64,000 nt of DNA from a virus. The DNA lies in the IMG/VR virus record IMGVR_UViG_3300009152_000041, positions 1,901 to 65,900 of that record, one strand, 5' to 3'. The notes below the pieces were generated by a model. The model made no database searches and had not been told where the DNA came from. It saw only the letters and a program-made list of their open reading frames with translations. Positions 61,928-64,000 of this stretch are shown here, piece after piece. A program made the position numbers and the translations under genes. Position 1 is the stretch's first letter, and every line of letters begins with the position of its first letter.

Positions 61928-62302
61928 TTATTCACTCTGATTCTGAACACTAACAAGTGTGCCAGAGTTTATATTTGTTTCACTTGCCTGGATAATCCCA
62001 GCGCCTTCTTTTTCGGCAATTTCTATTGTAATAAGAGAGCCAGAATGTATAGTTATTTCGCTAGCTTGAATAAGCGCAGCGCCTTCCTTCTGGAGGGCCT
62101 GTATCGTGATTATACCGTTTGGAGCTAGATCTATACTTACAACGCCTATTGCGGTAGCTACCGAATAGTCTTCTTTTCCACCAAAGTTAACTTTTATATC
62201 ATTTAAAATGACAGGATTTGATATTCCCTCTATTATTAATACAACGGTTCCATTATATTGAATACCAGATTGGTTATAGTCAATAATGTCATTATATAAC
62301 AT
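61928..62302 (-). CDS. Hypothetical protein (124 aa) with a tandem ~25-aa repeat
   Basis: Repeat units: ITIQALQKEGAALIQASEITIHSGSLITI and EIAEKEGAGIIQASETNINSGTLVSV. Confidence 0.5.
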   Translation of the reverse strand: MLYNDIIDYNQSGIQYNGTVVLIIEGISNPVILNDIKVNFGGKEDYSVATAIGVVSIDLAPNGIITIQALQKEGAALIQASEITIHSGSLITIEIAEKEGAGIIQASETNINSGTLVSVQNQSE

Positions 62303-62320
62303 AAATGTCCTTTAAAAAGT

Positions 62321-62335
62321 ATTAACTATATAGTA
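62321..62335 (-). promoter_or_regulatory. Candidate phage promoter TACTATATAGTTAAT
   Basis: Lies 19 nt upstream of ATG 62302 and is followed by ACTTTTTAAAGGA. Confidence 0.35.
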
Positions 62336-62354
62336 ATGATATAAAGTTAAATTA

Positions 62355-63032
62355 TTATTCGTAATAAAACTTGTTAGCCTTTAAGGCTATTGGGGGACTA
62401 TCCCTGTGCCAAACGTTGATAACCACAACCCTTCTCACCCCGGAAATTGGCGGGGTTGTATTGTGTATAACGTGACCAGCATCGAAAATAATTAACCTAT
62501 TTGGCATACAGGCTATTCTTTCTCTGAGTTCAATTGGAACAACTAGTGTATCCATATTTTCTCTCTCAAGGGCGTCTGGAGTGTCTTCTGATACAGCTTT
62601 AGGGTGAAGCTCTAAGAAGCCACCAACAACATCATTTGTTTCCGGATAGTACACACATCCAATTTTTGGCCCTCTGAAGATTTTGGTATCTGCGTATAGA
62701 AAAGTATCCTCATCTACGTGAACATCTAAGAATTGTCCTGGCTTGAAAGTCCTAGTCCAATACTCAAATCCACACAATTCCTCAATTGGAAAAGGAAGAT
62801 TATTTTCCCAAATTTCTTTAATTAATCTTTTCCTTGGTGTATTTGCCTCAGACTTATGCCAGCCATCCCAAAACATATACGGGGCAAAGCAGTCGCACAG
62901 CTCATCATGATATCCGTTTAAAACTGTTGCGATGCGCTCTTCATCGCCCATTGATTCTGGGAAGAAGTCTTTAGTATATTTAATTTCATCCAATAATATT
63001 GGATCTTTTATAAAATCATCTAAAATAATCAT
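62355..63032 (-). CDS. 2OG-Fe(II) oxygenase, prolyl-4-hydroxylase-like (225 aa)
   Basis: H-x-D in LDVHVDED, a distal His in FDAGHVIHN, and a basic residue in GVRRVVVINVW. The overall layout matches the 2OG-FeII_Oxy_3 / P4Hc type common in marine phages. Confidence 0.6.
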   Translation of the reverse strand: MIILDDFIKDPILLDEIKYTKDFFPESMGDEERIATVLNGYHDELCDCFAPYMFWDGWHKSEANTPRKRLIKEIWENNLPFPIEELCGFEYWTRTFKPGQFLDVHVDEDTFLYADTKIFRGPKIGCVYYPETNDVVGGFLELHPKAVSEDTPDALERENMDTLVVPIELRERIACMPNRLIIFDAGHVIHNTTPPISGVRRVVVINVWHRDSPPIALKANKFYYE

Positions 63033-63045
63033 AATTTATATAGTA

Positions 63046-63750
63046 CTACAGTTTGACCGCATATGTAACAGCAGCACCTGTTGGATTATGGTAAACGCAG
63101 GAATTCTCTATATTTTTAAGATACTCGTGAACTTCGTAAAAATCCGTAAAAACAGACTCATCTTTATATAGAGAATCAGTTCCAGTATAGAGCATCATTA
63201 TGGTGCCATTTTTGTTTAGCATGTTATAAAATTTAACTACTAATTCAGGATCATGTAAAACGTCATGTATGCTCATGCAGATAAAATCATAGGTCCCGGC
63301 ATTACTTGACTCTATATCTTGCATTGAAATGGTATTATAATCCCAATCTTCATTATCTTTTTTTATTATTCTTTCAAATAGATTTAATTGATAATTATTA
63401 AGGAGTGTTAGCTTTGATCTTTTTTGCATTAATCTAACTAGTCCTGTATTAAATGCTGGGAGGGTCATTAAAGATGTTTTAGGATTAGCGGTTAAGAACC
63501 CAAACTCATGAGTGTTAGCCGCATAGTAGTATGCTTGATTAGTGTTCCAGAAATGAGTTTCTTGACTAAACACATCAAAATACCAAATTAAGAAATCCAT
63601 CCCTGCAGCTATTTTTCTTTTATCTAAAGATAAAGTATCTAAATAGTTTTTAACATTTTTACTTTTTTTTATTGATTCATCAATAGATTCCACATCTACA
63701 TACTTAATTAAGTTAACTAAATTATCGAAATAATCTTTTTCATACATCAT
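63046..63750 (-). CDS. Hypothetical protein (234 aa), weakly methyltransferase-like C-terminal half
   Basis: YDFICMSIHDVLHDPELVVKFYNMLNKNGTIMMLY resembles the post-I, II and III motifs of class I SAM methyltransferases. No clear GxGxG motif I was seen. Confidence 0.3.
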   Translation of the reverse strand: MMYEKDYFDNLVNLIKYVDVESIDESIKKSKNVKNYLDTLSLDKRKIAAGMDFLIWYFDVFSQETHFWNTNQAYYYAANTHEFGFLTANPKTSLMTLPAFNTGLVRLMQKRSKLTLLNNYQLNLFERIIKKDNEDWDYNTISMQDIESSNAGTYDFICMSIHDVLHDPELVVKFYNMLNKNGTIMMLYTGTDSLYKDESVFTDFYEVHEYLKNIENSCVYHNPTGAAVTYAVKL

Positions 63751-64000
63751 ATTTGATTGCCCCCATTGCTATCTGACGCATGTGCCATAATCTTCTTATG
63801 TTTCCTATTAATGAGATTCTTTGATTTTTTAAATATAAATAAGAAAGATCTTGACCTAAATTTAATTTACCAGATTCAACATCATCTATTGGAGCCAAGG
63901 TTATAGATCTAGTAGCAGCTATGATTTCATCTATATTATAAGAATCTATTTTAGCGCCGTCAAAACCAATGCAGTAGAGATAAAAGATAATCTGCCTATC
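63740..64000 (-). CDS. Partial CDS (C-terminus only, enters from the right edge), hypothetical
   Basis: The open frame reads ...YLYCIGFDGAKIDSYNIDEIIAATRSITLAPIDDVESGKLNLGQDLSYLYLKNQRISLIGNIRRLWHMRQIAMGAIKYDV, ending at TGA 63742-63740 and overlapping the next gene's start by 11 nt. Absent from the ORF track because no start lies in the window. Confidence 0.5.
   Translation of the reverse strand, partial: DRQIIFYLYCIGFDGAKIDSYNIDEIIAATRSITLAPIDDVESGKLNLGQDLSYLYLKNQRISLIGNIRRLWHMRQIAMGAIKYDV

Noticed and set aside
63033-63046. The GTACTATATAAATT copy as a functional promoter for gene 62355..63032.
   Set aside because: It abuts the ATG, so a transcript starting downstream of it would lack the start codon. 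It is kept only as a member of the motif family with an uncertain role.
1-64000. Stop-codon reassignment (an alternative genetic code) as the reason for the broken ORFs.
   Set aside because: TAA, TAG and TGA all terminate well-supported genes at tightly coupled junctions (for example the ATGA overlaps at 10709 and 5919). Giant ORFs are intact under the standard code, and the breaks are frame changes, not in-frame stops.
1-64000. tRNA or rRNA genes, CRISPR arrays, and integrase or transposase genes.
   Set aside because: There are no non-coding stretches long enough, since all gaps over 100 nt are explained by coding or by promoter and terminator elements. No direct-repeat/spacer periodicity and no recombinase-like ORFs were seen.

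Overview
AT-rich 64-kb window. Every convincing gene is on the minus strand and the genes are tightly packed, often with ATGA or TAAnATG stop/start coupling. It reads as the tail, baseplate, fibre and lysis module of a contractile-tailed phage. In transcription order (high to low coordinates) it contains:
- auxiliary genes: a 2OG-Fe(II) oxygenase and a weakly methyltransferase-like ORF;
- neck-like proteins, two sheath-family proteins and three paralogous tube-family proteins;
- two paralogous chaperone-like proteins;
- about 8,200 codons of giant proteins with glycine-rich membrane-like segments;
- a virion protein with three peptidoglycan-hydrolase domains, and V-, W- and J-like baseplate proteins;
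- a metallophosphoesterase, then very large Ser/Asn/Thr-rich fibre-like proteins;
- an r1t-type holin and a strong terminator;
- an unrelated ORF and the N-terminus of a ribonucleotide-reductase-like gene.

Main result: in a manual scan of all minus-strand CGG trinucleotides I found 10 that are in frame. All 10 sit exactly where an ORF breaks and coding continues in the +1 frame (CGG_A nine times, CGG_T once; the +1 codon is always Gly, GGA or GGT). These 10 sites explain every unexplained gap of more than 100 nt in the ORF track, and every weak TTG/GTG or SD-less start of a large ORF. I found no in-frame CGG inside any long uninterrupted ORF. This suggests CGG acts as a systematic +1 recoding signal, either a hungry or unassigned codon or a quadruplet codon. 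That would fuse 18 separately called reading-frame segments into 8 proteins. No tRNA, rRNA, CRISPR array or mobile element was recognised.
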